The position numbers and the translations under genes were made by a program. A stretch of 64,000 nt of DNA from Auanema rhodensis (lineage: Eukaryota > Animalia > Nematoda). How positions within the stretch are numbered: position 1 is the first letter of the stretch; each line of letters opens with the position of its first letter. This document shows, piece by piece, positions 24,613 to 38,973 of the stretch. The stretch covers positions 15,624,001 through 15,688,000 of the forward strand of contig OZ059900.1 of the NCBI GenBank assembly GCA_964057225.1. The letters are read 5' to 3'. Under the pieces are notes generated by a model. That model worked only from the letters and a program-made list of their open reading frames with translations. It searched no databases and was not told the DNA's origin.

Positions 24613-27600
24613 ACACATGAAATCGTAAGTCAAAACCTTGTTTACAGCGAAATTTCCAAAAACTGGTTTTCCAGCATAATAAAATATTTCTCATGGGAAA
24701 TACTGTGTTTTTGTATTTTTCTAGTGTTCAGCATGTAAAATGCTTCATTTTAGTATGTAACACGCTGAAATTCGTTGCATTTGACGACTCATATGAACAA
24801 AAATCGATTTAATCAATATTAGCCATAAAGGGCGTGCCCTCAGAATATGCTAATTTCCTTAATTTTCTAACCCCTCTTTTTTGGCCGTGAAAGTGGAACT
24901 AGACGTTGTACAAACAATTTTGAGCTAGGTTTTATTGACATTGCATGAGTTTGAACACATGAAATCGTAAGTCAAAACCTTGTTTACAGCGAAATTTTCA
25001 AAAACTGGTTTTCCAGTATAATAAAATATTTCTCATGAGAAATACTGTGTTTTTGTATTTTTCTAGTGTTCAGCATGTAAAATGCTTCATTTTAGTATGT
25101 AACACGCTGAAATTCGTTGCATTTGACGACTCATATGAACAAAAATCGATTTAATCAATATTAGCCATAAGGGGCGTGCCCTCAGAATATGCTAATTTCC
25201 TTAATTTTCTAACCCCTGTTTTTTTGTCGTGAAAGTGGAACTAGACGTTTTACGAACAATTTTGAGCTAGGTTTTATTGACATTGCATGAGTTTGAACAC
25301 ATGAAATCGTAAGTCAAAACCTTGTTTACAGCGAAATTTCCAAAAACTGGTTTTCCAGCATAATAAAATATTTCTCATGGGAAATACTGTGTTTTTGTAT
25401 TTCTCTAGTGTTCAGCATGTAAAATGCTTCATTTTAGTATGTAACACGCTGAAATTCGTTGCATTTGACGACTCATATGAACAAAAATCGATTTAATCAA
25501 TATTAGCCATAAGGGGCGTGCCCTCAGAATATGCTAATTTCCTTAATTTTCTAACCCCTGTTTTTTGTCGTGAAAGTGGAACTAGACGTTGTACGAACAA
25601 TTTTGAGCTAGGTTTCATTGACATTGCATGAGTTTGAACACATGAAATCGTAAGTCAAAACCTTGTTTACAGCGAAATTTCCAAAAACTGGTTTTCCAGC
25701 ATAATAAAATATTTCTCATGGGAAATACTGTGTTTTTGTATTTTTCTAGTGTTCAGCATGTAAAATGCTTCATTTTAGTATGTAACACGCTGAAATTCGT
25801 TGCATTTGACGACTCATATGAACAAAAATCGATTTAATCAATATTAGCCATAAAGGGCGTGCCCTCAGAATATGCTAATTTCCTTAATTTTCTAACCCCT
25901 CTTTTTTGGCCGTGAAAGTGGAACTAGACGTTGTACAAACAATTTTGAGCTAGGTTTTATTGACATTGCATGAGTTTGAACACATGAAATCGTAAGTCAA
26001 AACCTTGTTTACAGCGAAATTTCCAAAAACTGGTTTTCCAGCATAATAAAATATTTCTCATGAGAAATACTGTGTTTTTGTATTTTTCTAGTGTTCAGCA
26101 TGTAAAATGCTTCATTTTAGTATGTAACACGCTGAAATTCGTTGCATTTGACGACTCATATGAACAAAAATCGATTTAATCAATATTAGCCATAAGGGGC
26201 GTGCCCTCTGAATATGCTAATTTCCTTAATTTTCTAACCCCTGTTTTTTTGTCGTGAAAGTGGAATTAGACGTTGTAGGAACAATTTTGAGCTAGGTTTC
26301 ATTGATATTGCATGAGTTTGAACACATGAAATCGTAAGTCAAAACCTTGTTTACAGCGAAATTTCCAAAAACTGGTTTTCCAGCATAATAAAATATTTCT
26401 CATGGGAAATACTGTGTTTTTGTATTTTTCTAGTGTTCAGCATGTAAAATGCTTCATTTTAGTATGTAACACGCTGAAATTCGTTGCATTTGACGACTCA
26501 TATGAACAAAAATCGATTTAATCAATATTAGCCATAAAGGGCGTGCCCTCAGAATATGCTAATTTCCTTAATTTTCTAACCCCTCTTTTTTGGCCGTGAA
26601 AGTGGAACTAGACGTTGTACAAACAATTTTGAGCTAGGTTTTATTGACATTGCATGAGTTTGAACACATGAAATCGTAAGTCAAAACCTTGTTTACAGCG
26701 AAATTTCCAAAAACTGGTTTTCCAGCATAATAAAATATTTCTCATGAGAAATACTGTGTTTTTGTATTTTTCTAGTGTTCAGCATGTAAAATGCTTCATT
26801 TTAGTATGTAACACGCTGAAATTCGTTGCATTTGACGATTCATATGAACAAAAATCGATTTAATCAATATTAGCCATAAAGGGCGTGCCCTCAGAATATG
26901 CTAATTTCCTTAATTTTCTAACCCCTGTTTTTTTGTCGTGAAAGTGGAACTAGACGTTGTAGGAACAATTTTGAGCTAGGTTTCATTGACATTGCATGAG
27001 TTTGAACACATGAAATCGTAAGTCAAAACCTTGTTTACAGCGAAATTTCCAAAAACTGGTTTTCCAGCATAATAAAATATTTCTCATGGGAAATACTGTG
27101 TTTTTGTATTTTTCTAGTGTTCAGCATGTAAAATGCTTCATTTTAGTATGTAACACGCTGAAATTCGTTGCATTTGACGACTCATATGAACAAAAATCGA
27201 TTTAATCAATATTAGCCATAAGGGGCGTGCCCTCTGAATATGCTAATTTCCTTAATTTTCTAACCCCTGTTTTTTTGTAGTGAAAGTGGAACTAGACGTT
27301 GTACGAACAATTTTGAGCTAGGTTTCATTGACATTGCATGAGTTTGAACACATGAAATCGTAAGTCAAAACCTTGTTTACACCGAAATTTCCAAAAACTG
27401 GTTTTCCAGCATAATAAAATATTTCTCATGGGAAATACTGTGTTTTTGTATTTTTCTAGTGTTCAGCATGTAAAATGCTTCATTTTAGTATGTAACACGC
27501 TGAAATTCGTTGCATTTGACGACTCATATGAACAAAAATCGATTTAATCAATATTAGCCATAAAGGGCGTGCCCTCAGAATATGCTAATTTCCTTAATTT

Positions 27601-30600
27601 TCTAACCCCTGTTTTTTTGTCGTGAAAGTGGAACTAGACGTTTTACGAACAATTTTGAGCTAGGTTTCATTGACATTGCATGAGTTTGAACACATGAAAT
27701 CGTAAGTCAAAACCTTGTTTACAGCGAAATTTCCAAAAACTGGTTTTCCAGCATAATAAAATATTTCTCATGGGAAATACTGTGTTTTTGTATTTCTCTA
27801 GTGTGCAGCATGTAAAATGCTTCATTTTAGTATGTAACACGCTGAAATTCGTTGCATTTGACGACTCATATGAACAAAAATCGATTTAATCAATATTAGC
27901 CATAAGGGGCGTGCCCTCAGAATATGCTAATTTCCTTAATTTTCTAACCCCTGTTTTTTGTCGTGAAAGTGGAACTAGACGTTGTACGAACAATTTTGAG
28001 CTAGGTTTCATTGACATTGCATGAGTTTGAACACATGAAATCGTAAGTCAAAACCTTGTTTACAGCGAAATTTCCAAAAACTGGTTTTCCAGCATAATAA
28101 AATATTTCTCATGGGAAATACTGTGTTTTTGTATTTTTCTAGTGTTCAGCATGTAAAATGCTTCATTTTAGTATGTAACACGCTGAAATTCGTTGCATTT
28201 GACGACTCATATGAACAAAAATCGATTTAATCAATATTAGCCATAAAGGGCGTGCCCTCAGAATATGCTAATTTCCTTAATTTTCTAACCCCTCTTTTTT
28301 GGCCGTGAAAGTGGAACTAGACGTTGTACAAACAATTTTGAGCTAGGTTTTATTGACATTGCATGAGTTTGAACACATGAAATCGTAAGTCAAAACCTTG
28401 TTTACAGCGAAATTTCCAAAAACTGGTTTTCCAGCATAATAAAATATTTCTCATGAGAAATACTGTGTTTTTGTATTTTTCTAGTGTTCAGCATGTAAAA
28501 TGCTTCATTTTAGTATGTAACACGCTGAAATTCGTTGCATTTGACGACTCATATGAACAAAAATCGATTTAATCAATATTAGCCATAAGGGGCGTGCCCT
28601 CAGAATATGCTAATTTCCTTAATTTTCTAACCCCTGTTTTTTTGTCGTGAAAGTGGAACTAGACGTTTTACGAACAATTTTGAGCTAGGTTTTATTGACA
28701 TTGCATGAGTTTGAACACATGAAATCGTAAGTCAAAACCTTGTTTACAGCGAAATTTCCAAAAACTGGTTTTCCAGCATAATAAAATATTTCTCATGGGA
28801 AATACTGTGTTTTTGTATTTCTCTAGTGTTCAGCATGTAAAATGCTTCATTTTAGTATGTAACACGCTGAAATTCGTTGCATTTGACGACTCATATGAAC
28901 AAAAATCGATTTAATCAATATTAGCCATAAGGGGCGTGCCCTCAGAATATGCTAATTTCCTTAATTTTCTAACCCCTGTTTTTTGTCGTGAAAGTGGAAC
29001 TAGACGTTGTACGAACAATTTTGAGCTAGGTTTCATTGACATTGCATGAGTTTGAACACATGAAATCGTAAGTCAAAACCTTGTTTACAGAGAAAATTTC
29101 CAAAAACTGGTTTTCCAGCATAATAAAATATTTCTCATGAGAAATACTGTGTTTTTGTATTTTTCTAGTGTTCAGCATGTAAAATGCTTCATTTTAGTAT
29201 GTAACACGCTGAAATTCGTTGCATTTGACGACTCATATGAACAAAAATCGATTTAATCAATATTAGCCATAAGGGGCGTGCCCTCTGAATATGCTAATTT
29301 CCTTAATTTTCTAACCCCTGTTTTTTTGTCGTGAAAGTGGAATTAGACGTTGTAGGAACAATTTTGAGCTAGGTTTCATTGATATTGCATGAGTTTGAAC
29401 ACATGAAATCGTAAGTCAAAACCTTGTTTACAGCGAAATTTCCAAAAACTGGTTTTCCAGCATAATAAAATATTTCTCATGGGAAATACTGTGTTTTTGT
29501 ATTTTTCTAGTGTTCAGCATGTAAAATGCTTCATTTTAGTATGTAACACGCTGAAATTCGTTGCATTTGACGACTCATATGAACAAAAATCGATTTAATC
29601 AATATTAGCCATAAGGGGCGTGCCCTCAGAATATGCTAATTTCCTTAATTTTCTAACCCCTGTTTTTTTGTCGTGAAAGTGGAACTAGACGTTGTACGAA
29701 CAATTTTGAGCTAGGTTTCATTGACATTGCATGAGTTTGAACACATGAAATCGTAAGTCAAAACCTTGTTTACAGCGAAATTTCCAAAAACTGGTTTTCC
29801 AGCATAATAAAATATTTCTCATGGGAAATACTGTGTTTTTGTATTTTTCTAGTGTTCAGCATGTAAAATGCTTCATTTTAGTATGTCACACGCTGAAATT
29901 CGTTGCATTTGACGACTCATATGAACAAAAATCGATTTAATCAATATTAGCCATAAAGGGCGTGCCCTCAGAATATGCTAATTTCCTTAATTTTCTAACC
30001 CCTGTTTTTTTGTCGTGAAAGTGGAACTAGACGTTGTACGAACAATTTTGAGCTAGGTTTCATTGACATTGCATGAGTTTGAACACATGAAATCGTAAGT
30101 CAAAACCTTGTTTACAGCGAAATTTCCAAAAACTGGTTTTCCAGCATAATAAAATATTTCTCATGGGAAATACTGTGTTTTTGTATTTTTCTAGTGTTCA
30201 GCATGTAAAATGCTTCATTTTAGTATGTAACACGCTGAAATTCGTTGCATTTGACGACTCATATGAACAAAAATCGATTTAATCAATATTAGCCATAAGG
30301 GGCGTGCCCTCAGAATATGCTAATTTCCTTAATTTTCTAACCCCTGTTTTTTTGTCGTGAAAGTGGAATTAGACGTTGTAGGAACAATTTTGAGCTAGGT
30401 TTCATTGACATTGCATGAGTTTGAACACATGAAATCGTAAGTCAAAACCTTGTTTACAGCGAAATTTCCAAAAACTGGTTTTCCAGCATAATAAAATATT
30501 TCTCATGGGAAATACTGTGTTTTTGTATTTCTCTAGTGTTCAGCATGTAAAATGCTTCATTTTAGTATGTAACACGCTGAAATTCGTTGCATTTGACGAC

Positions 30601-33600
30601 TCATATGAACAAAAATCGATTTAATCAATATTAGCCATAAGGGGCGTGCCCTCAGAATATGCTAATTTCCTTAATTTTCTAACCCCTGTTTTTTGTCGTG
30701 AAAGTGGAACTAGACGTTGTACGAACAATTTTGAGCTAGGTTTCATTGACATTGCATGAGTTTGAACACATGAAATCGTAAGTCAAAACCTTGTTTACAG
30801 CGAAATTTCCAAAAACTGGTTTTCCAGCATAATAAAATATTTCTCATGGGAAATACTGTGTTTTTGTATTTTTCTAGTGTTCAGCATGTAAAATGCTTCA
30901 TTTTAGTATGTAACACGCTGAAATTCGTTGCATTTGACGACTCATATGAACAAAAATCGATTTAATCAATATTAGCCATAAAGGGCGTGCCCTCAGAATA
31001 TGCTAATTTCCTTAATTTTCTAACCCCTCTTTTTTGGCCGTGAAAGTGGAACTAGACGTTGTACAAACAATTTTGAGCTAGGTTTTATTGACATTGCATG
31101 AGTTTGAACACATGAAATCGTAAGTCAAAACCTTGTTTACAGCGAAATTTCCAAAAACTGGTTTTCCAGCATAATAAAATATTTCTCATGAGAAATACTG
31201 TGTTTTTGTATTTTTCTAGTGTTCAGCATGTAAAATGCTTCATTTTAGTATGTAACACGCTGAAATTCGTTGCATTTGACGACTCATATGAACAAAAATC
31301 GATTTAATCAATATTAGCCATAAGGGGCGTGCCCTCTGAATATGCTAATTTCCTTAATTTTCTAACCCCTGTTTTTTTGTCGTGAAAGTGGAATTAGACG
31401 TTGTAGGAACAATTTTGAGCTAGGTTTCATTGATATTGCATGAGTTTGAACACATGAAATCGTAAGTCAAAACCTTGTTTACAGCGAAATTTCCAAAAAC
31501 TGGTTTTCCAGCATAATAAAATATTTCTCATGGGAAATACTGTGTTTTTGTATTTTTCTAGTGTTCAGCATGTAAAATGCTTCATTTTAGTATGTAACAC
31601 GCTGAAATTCGTTGCATTTGACGACTCATATGAACAAAAATCGATTTAATCAATATTAGCCATAAGGGGCGTGCCCTCAGAATATGCTAATTTCCTTAAT
31701 TTTCTAACCCCTGTTTTTTTGTCGTGAAAGTGGAACTAGACGTTGTACGAACAATTTTGAGCTAGGTTTCATTGACATTGCATGAGTTTGAACACATGAA
31801 ATCGTAAGTCAAAACCTTGTTTACAGCGAAATTTCCAAAAACTGGTTTTCCAGCATAATAAAATATTTCTCATGGGAAATACTGTGTTTTTGTATTTTTC
31901 TAGTGTTCAGCATGTAAAATGCTTCATTTTAGTATGTCACACGCTGAAATTCGTTGCATTTGACGACTCATATGAACAAAAATCGATTTAATCAATATTA
32001 GCCATAAAGGGCGTGCCCTCAGAATATGCTAATTTCCTTAATTTTCTAACCCCTGTTTTTTTGTCGTGAAAGTGGAACTAGACGTTGTACGAACAATTTT
32101 GAGCTAGGTTTCATTGACATTGCATGAGTTTGAACACATGAAATCGTAAGTCAAAACCTTGTTTACAGCGAAATTTCCAAAAACTGGTTTTCCAGCATAA
32201 TAAAATATTTCTCATGGGAAATACTGTGTTTTTGTATTTTTCTAGTGTTCAGCATGTAAAATGCTTCATTTTAGTATGTAACACGCTGAAATTCGTTGCA
32301 TTTGACGACTCATATGAACAAAAATCGATTTAATCAATATTAGCCATAAGGGGCGTGCCCTCAGAATATGCTAATTTCCTTAATTTTCTAACCCCTGTTT
32401 TTTTGTCGTGAAAGTGGAATTAGACGTTGTAGGAACAATTTTGAGCTAGGTTTCATTGACATTGCATGAGTTTGAACACATGAAATCGTAAGTCAAAACC
32501 TTGTTTACAGCGAAATTTCCAAAAACTGGTTTTCCAGCATAATAAAATATTTCTCATGGGAAATACTGTGTTTTTGTATTTTTCTAGTGTTCAGCATGTA
32601 AAATGCTTCATTTTAGTAGGTAACACGCTGAAATTCGTTGCATTTGACGACTCATATGAACAAAAATCGATTTAATCAATATTAGCCATAAAGGGCGTGC
32701 CCTCAGAATATGCTAATTTCCTTAATTTTCTAACCTCTGTTTTTTTGTCGTGAAAGTGGAACTAGACGTTGTAGGAACAATTTTGAGCTAGGTTTCATTG
32801 ACATTGCATGAGTTTGAACACATGAAATCGTAAGTCAAAACCTTGTTTACAGCGAAATTTCCAAAAACTGGTTTTCCAGCATAATAAAATATTTCTCATG
32901 GGAAATACTGTGTTTTTGTATTTTTCTAGTGTTCAGCATGTAAAATGCTTCATTTTAGTATGTCACACGCTGAAATTCGTTGCATTTGACGACTCATATG
33001 AACAAAAATCGATTTAATCAATATTAGCCATAAAGGGCGTGCCCTCAGAATATGCTAATTTCCTTAATTTTCTAACCCCTGTTTTTTTGTCGTGAAAGTG
33101 GAACTAGACGTTGTACGAACAATTTTGAGCTAGGTTTCATTGACATTGCATGAGTTTGAACACATGAAATCGTAAGTCAAAACCTTGTTTACAGCGAAAT
33201 TTCCAAAAACTGGTTTTCCAGCATAATAAAATATTTCTCATGGGAAATACTGTGTTTTTGTATTTTTCTAGTGTTCAGCATGTAAAATGCTTCATTTTAG
33301 TATGTAACACGCTGAAATTCGTTGCATTTGACGACTCATATGAACAAAAATCGATTTAATCAATATTAGCCATAAAGGGCGTGCCCTCAGAATATGCTAA
33401 TTTCCTTAATTTTCTAACCCCTGTTTTTTTGTCGTGAAAGTGGAACTAGACGTTGTACGAACAATTTTGAGCTAGGTTTCATTGACATTGCATGAGTTTG
33501 AACACATGAAATCGTAAGTCAAAACCTTGTTTACAGCGAAATTTCCAAAAACTGGTTTTCCAGCATAATAAAATATTTCTCATGGAAAATACTGTGTTTT

Positions 33601-34185
33601 TGTATTTTTCTAGTGTTCAGCATGTAAAATTCTTCATTTTAGTATGTAACACGCTGAAATTCGTTGCATTTGACGACTCATATGAACAAAAATCGATTTA
33701 ATCAATATTAGCCATAAGGGGCGTGCCCTCAGAATATGCTAATTCCCTTAATTTTCTAACCCCTGTTTTTTTGTCGTGAAAGTGGAACTAGACGTTGTAC
33801 GAACAATTTTGAGCTAGGTTTCATTGACATTGCATGAGTTTGAACACATGAAATCGTAAGTCAAAACCTTGTTTACAGCGAAATTTCCAAAAACTGGTTT
33901 TCCAGCATAATAAAATATTTCTCATGGGAAATACTGTGTTTTTGTATTTTTCTAGTGTTCAGCATGTAAAATGCTTCATTTTAGTATGTAACACGCTGAA
34001 ATTCGTTGCATTTGACGACTCATATGAACAAAAATCGATTTAATCAATATTAGCCATAAGGGGCGTGCCCTCAGAATATGCTAATTTCCTTAATTTTCTA
34101 ACCCCTGTTTTTTTGTCGCGAAAGTGGAACTAGACGTTGTACGAACAATTTTGAGCTAGGTTTCATTGACATTGCATGAGTTTGA

Positions 34186-34527
34186 ACACATGAAATCGTA
34201 AGTCAAAACCTTGTTTACAGCGAAATTTCCAAAAACTGGTTTTCCAGCATAATAAAATATTTCTCATGGGAAATACTGTGTTTTTGTATTTTTCTAGTGT
34301 TCAGCATGTAAAATGCTTCATTTTAGTATGTAACACGCTGAAATTCGTTGCATTTGACGACTCATATGAACAAAAATCGATTTAATCAATATTAGCCATA
34401 AGGGGCGTGCCCTCAGAATATGCTAATTTCCTTAATTTTCTAACCCCTGTTTTTTTGTCGTGAAAGTGGAACTAGACGTTGTACGAACAATTTTGAGCTA
34501 GGTTTCATTGACATTGCATGAGTTTGA
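34186..34527 (+). repeat. Representative consensus-like 342-bp monomer
   Basis: This copy carries none of the diagnostic variants. Hand count of the consensus gives 116 G+C in 342 bp (about 34% GC), many A/T tracts and 10 CpGs. Confidence 0.9.
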
Positions 34528-35553
34528 ACACATGAAATCGTAAGTCAAAACCTTGTTTACAGCGAAATTTCCAAAAACTGGTTTTCCAGCATAATAAAAT
34601 ATTTCTCATGGAAAATACTGTGTTTTTGTATTTTTCTAGTGTTCAGCATGTAAAATGCTTCATTTTAGTATGTAACACGCTGAAATTCGTTGCATTTGAC
34701 GACTCATATGAACAAAAATCGATTTAATCAATATTAGCCATAAGGGGCGTGCCCTCAGAATATGCTAATTTCCTTAATTTTCTAACCCCTGTTTTTTTGT
34801 CGTGAAAGTGGAACTAGACGTTGTACGAACAATTTTGAGCTAGGTTTCATTGACATTGCATGAGTTTGAACACATGAAATCGTAAGTCAAAACCTTGTTT
34901 ACAGCGAAATTTCCAAAAACTGGTTTTCCAGCATAATAAAATATTTCTCATGGGAAATACTGTGTTTTTGTATTTTTCTAGTGTTCAGCATGTGAAATGC
35001 TTCATTTTAGTATGTAACACGCTGAAATTCGTTGCATTTGACGACTCATATGAACAAAAATCGATTTAATCAATATTAGCCATAAGGGGCGTGCCCTCAG
35101 AATATGCTAATTTCCTTAATTTTCTAACCCCTGTTTTTTTGTCGTGAAAGTGGAACTAGACGTTGTACGAACAATTTTGAGCTAGGTTTCATTGACATTG
35201 CATGAGTTTGAACACATGAAATCGTAAGTCAAAACCTTGTTTACAGCGAAATTTCCAAAAACTGGTTTTCCAGCATAATAAAATATTTCTCATGGGAAAT
35301 ACTGTGTTTTTGTATTTTTCTAGTGTTCAGCATGTAAAATGCTTCATTTTAGTATGTAACACGCTGAAATTCGTTGCATTTGACGACTCATATGAACAAA
35401 AATCGATTTAATCAATATTAGCCATAAGGGGCGTGCCCTCAGAATATGCTAATTTCCTTAATTTTCTAACCCCTGTTTTTTTGTCGTGAAAGTGGGACTA
35501 GACGTTGTACGAACAATTTTGAGCTAGGTTTCATTGACATTGCATGAGTTTGA

Positions 35554-38500
35554 ACACATGAAATCGTAAGTCAAAACCTTGTTTACAGCGAAATTTCCAA
35601 AAACTGGTTTTCCAGCATAATAAAATATTTCTCATGGAAAATACTGTGTTTTTGTATTTTTCTAGTGTTCAGCATGTAAAATGCTTCATTTTAGTATGTA
35701 ACACGCTGAAATTCGTTGCATTTGACGACTCATATGAACAAAAATCGATTTAATCAATATTAGCCATAAGGGGCGTGCCCTCAGAATATGCTAATTCCCT
35801 TAATTTTCTAACCCCTGTTTTTTTGTCGTGAAAGTGGAACTAGACGTTGTACGAACAATTTTGAGCTAGGTTTCATTGACATTGCATGAGTTTGAACACA
35901 TGAAATCGTAAGTCAAAACCTTGTTTACAGCGAAATTTCCAAAAACTGGTTTTCCAGCATAATAAAATATTTCTCATGGGAAATACTGTGTTTTTGTATT
36001 TTTCTAGTGTTCAGCATGTAAAATGCTTCATTTTAGTATGTAACACGCTGAAATTCGTTGCATTTGACGACTCATATGAACAAAAATCGATTTAATCAAT
36101 ATTAGCCATAAGGGGCGTGCCCTCAGAATATGCTAATTCCCTTAATTTTCTAACCCCTGTTTTTTTGTCGTGAAAGTGGAACTAGACGTTGTACGAACAA
36201 TTTTGAGCTAGGTTTCATTGACATTGCATGAGTTTGAACACATGAAATCGTAAGTCAAAACCTTGTTTACAGCGAAATTTCCAAAAACTGGTTTTCCAGC
36301 ATAATAAAATATTTCTCATGGGAAATACTGTGTTTTTGTATTTTTCTAGTGTTCAGCATGTAAAATGCTTCATTTTAGTATGTAACACGCTGAAATTCGT
36401 TGCATTTGACGACTCATATGAACAAAAATCGATTTAATCAATATTAGCTATAAGGGGCGTGCCCTCAGAATATGCTAATTTCCTTAATTTTCTAACTCCT
36501 GTTTTTTTGTCGTGAAAGTGAGACTAGACGTTGTACGAACAATTTTGAGCTAGGTTTCATTGACATTGCATGAGTTTGAACACATGAAATCGTAAGTCAA
36601 AACCTTGTTTACAGCGAAATTTCCAAAAACTGGTTTTCCAGCATAATAAAATATTTCTCATGGGAAATACTGTGTTTTTGTATTTTTCTAGTGTTCAGCA
36701 TGTAAAATGCTTCATTTTAGTATGTAACACGCTGAAATTCGTTGCATTTGACGACTCATATGAACAAAAATCGATTTAATCAATATTAGCCATAAGGGGC
36801 GTGCCCTCAGAATATGCTAATTCCCTTAATTTTCTAACCCCTGTTTTTTTGTCGTGAAAGTGGAACTAGACGTTGTACGAACAATTTTGAGCTAGGTTTC
36901 ATTGACATTGCATGAGTTTGAACACATGAAATCGTAAGTCAAAACCTTGTTTACAGCGAAATTTCCAAAAACTGGTTTTCCAGCATAATAAAATATTTCT
37001 CATGGGAAATACTGTGTTTTTGTATTTTTCTAGTGTTCAGCATGTGAAATGCTTCATTTTAGTATGTAACACGCTGAAATTCGTTGCATTTGACGACTCA
37101 TATGAACAAAAATCGATTTAATCAATATTAGCCATAAGGGGCGTGCCCTCAGAATATGCTAATTCCCTTAATTTTCTAACTCCTGTTTTTTTGTCGTGAA
37201 AGTGGAACTAGACGTTGTACGAACAATTTTGAGCTAGGTTTCATTGACATTGCATGAGTTTGAACACATGAAATCGTAAGTCAAAACCTTGTTTACAGCG
37301 AAATTTCCAAAAACTGGTTTTCCAGCATAATAAAATATTTCTCATGGAAAATACTGTGTTTTTGTATTTTTCTAGTGTTCAGCATGTAAAATGCTTCATT
37401 TTAGTATGTAACACGCTGAAATTCGTTGCATTTGACGACTCATATGAACAAAAATCGATTTAATCAATATTAGCCATAAGGGGCGTGCCCTCAGAATATG
37501 CTAATTCCCTTAATTTTCTAACCCCTGTTTTTTTGTCGTGAAAGTGGAACTAGACGTTGTACGAACAATTTTGAGCTAGGTTTCATTGACATTGCATGAG
37601 TTTGAACACATGAAATCGTAAGTCAAAACCTTGTTTACAGCGAAATTTCCAAAAACTGGTTTTCCAGCATAATAAAATATTTCTCATGGGAAATACTGTG
37701 TTTTTGTATTTTTCTAGTGTTCAGCATGTAAAATGCTTCATTTTAGTATGTAACACGCTGAAATTCGTTGCATTTGACGACTCATATGAACAAAAATCGA
37801 TTTAATCAATATTAGCCATAAGGGGCGTGCCCTCAGAATATGCTAATTCCCTTAATTTTCTAACCCCTGTTTTTTTGTCGTGAAAGTGGAACTAGACGTT
37901 GTACGAACAATTTTGAGCTAGGTTTCATTGACATTGCATGAGTTTGAACACATGAAATCGTAAGTCAAAACCTTGTTTACAGCGAAATTTCCAAAAACTG
38001 GTTTTCCAGCATAATAAAATATTTCTCATGGGAAATACTGTGTTTTTGTATTTTTCTAGTGTTCAGCATGTAAAATGCTTCATTTTAGTATGTAACACGC
38101 TGAAATTCGTTGCATTTGACGACTCATATGAACAAAAATCGATTTAATCAATATTAGCTATAAGGGGCGTGCCCTCAGAATATGCTAATTTCCTTAATTT
38201 TCTAACTCCTGTTTTTTTGTCGTGAAAGTGAGACTAGACGTTGTACGAACAATTTTGAGCTAGGTTTCATTGACATTGCATGAGTTTGAACACATGAAAT
38301 CGTAAGTCAAAACCTTGTTTACAGCGAAATTTCCAAAAACTGGTTTTCCAGCATAATAAAATATTTCTCATGGGAAATACTGTGTTTTTGTATTTTTCTA
38401 GTGTTCAGCATGTAAAATGCTTCATTTTAGTATGTAACACGCTGAAATTCGTTGCATTTGACGACTCATATGAACAAAAATCGATTTAATCAATATTAGC

Positions 38501-38973
38501 CATAAGGGGCGTGCCCTCAGAATATGCTAATTCCCTTAATTTTCTAACCCCTGTTTTTTTGTCGTGAAAGTGGAACTAGACGTTGTACGAACAATTTTGA
38601 GCTAGGTTTCATTGACATTGCATGAGTTTGAACACATGAAATCGTAAGTCAAAACCTTGTTTACAGCGAAATTTCCAAAAACTGGTTTTCCAGCATAATA
38701 AAATATTTCTCATGGGAAATACTGTGTTTTTGTATTTTTCTAGTGTTCAGCATGTGAAATGCTTCATTTTAGTATGTAACACGCTGAAATTCGTTGCATT
38801 TGACGACTCATATGAACAAAAATCGATTTAATCAATATTAGCCATAAGGGGCGTGCCCTCAGAATATGCTAATTCCCTTAATTTTCTAACTCCTGTTTTT
38901 TTGTCGTGAAAGTGGAACTAGACGTTGTACGAACAATTTTGAGCTAGGTTTCATTGACATTGCATGAGTTTGA
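35554..38973 (+). repeat. Tandem 5-monomer duplication (1710 bp x2)
   Basis: The GCTATAA/AACTCC/GTGAGACT monomer (36449/38159) and all four flanking monomer haplotypes repeat at +1710. Confidence 0.85.

Larger units (their letters stand above)
1..33501 (+). repeat. Satellite sub-domain 1 (variant set A)
   Basis: Monomer position 217 is polymorphic (ATAAAGGG/ATAAGGGG; last A allele ~33376). Variants confined to this domain: TTTTACG, GATTCAT, TTTCTCT+T6, CCTCTTTTTTGGCC, CCCTCTGA. Confidence 0.85.
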
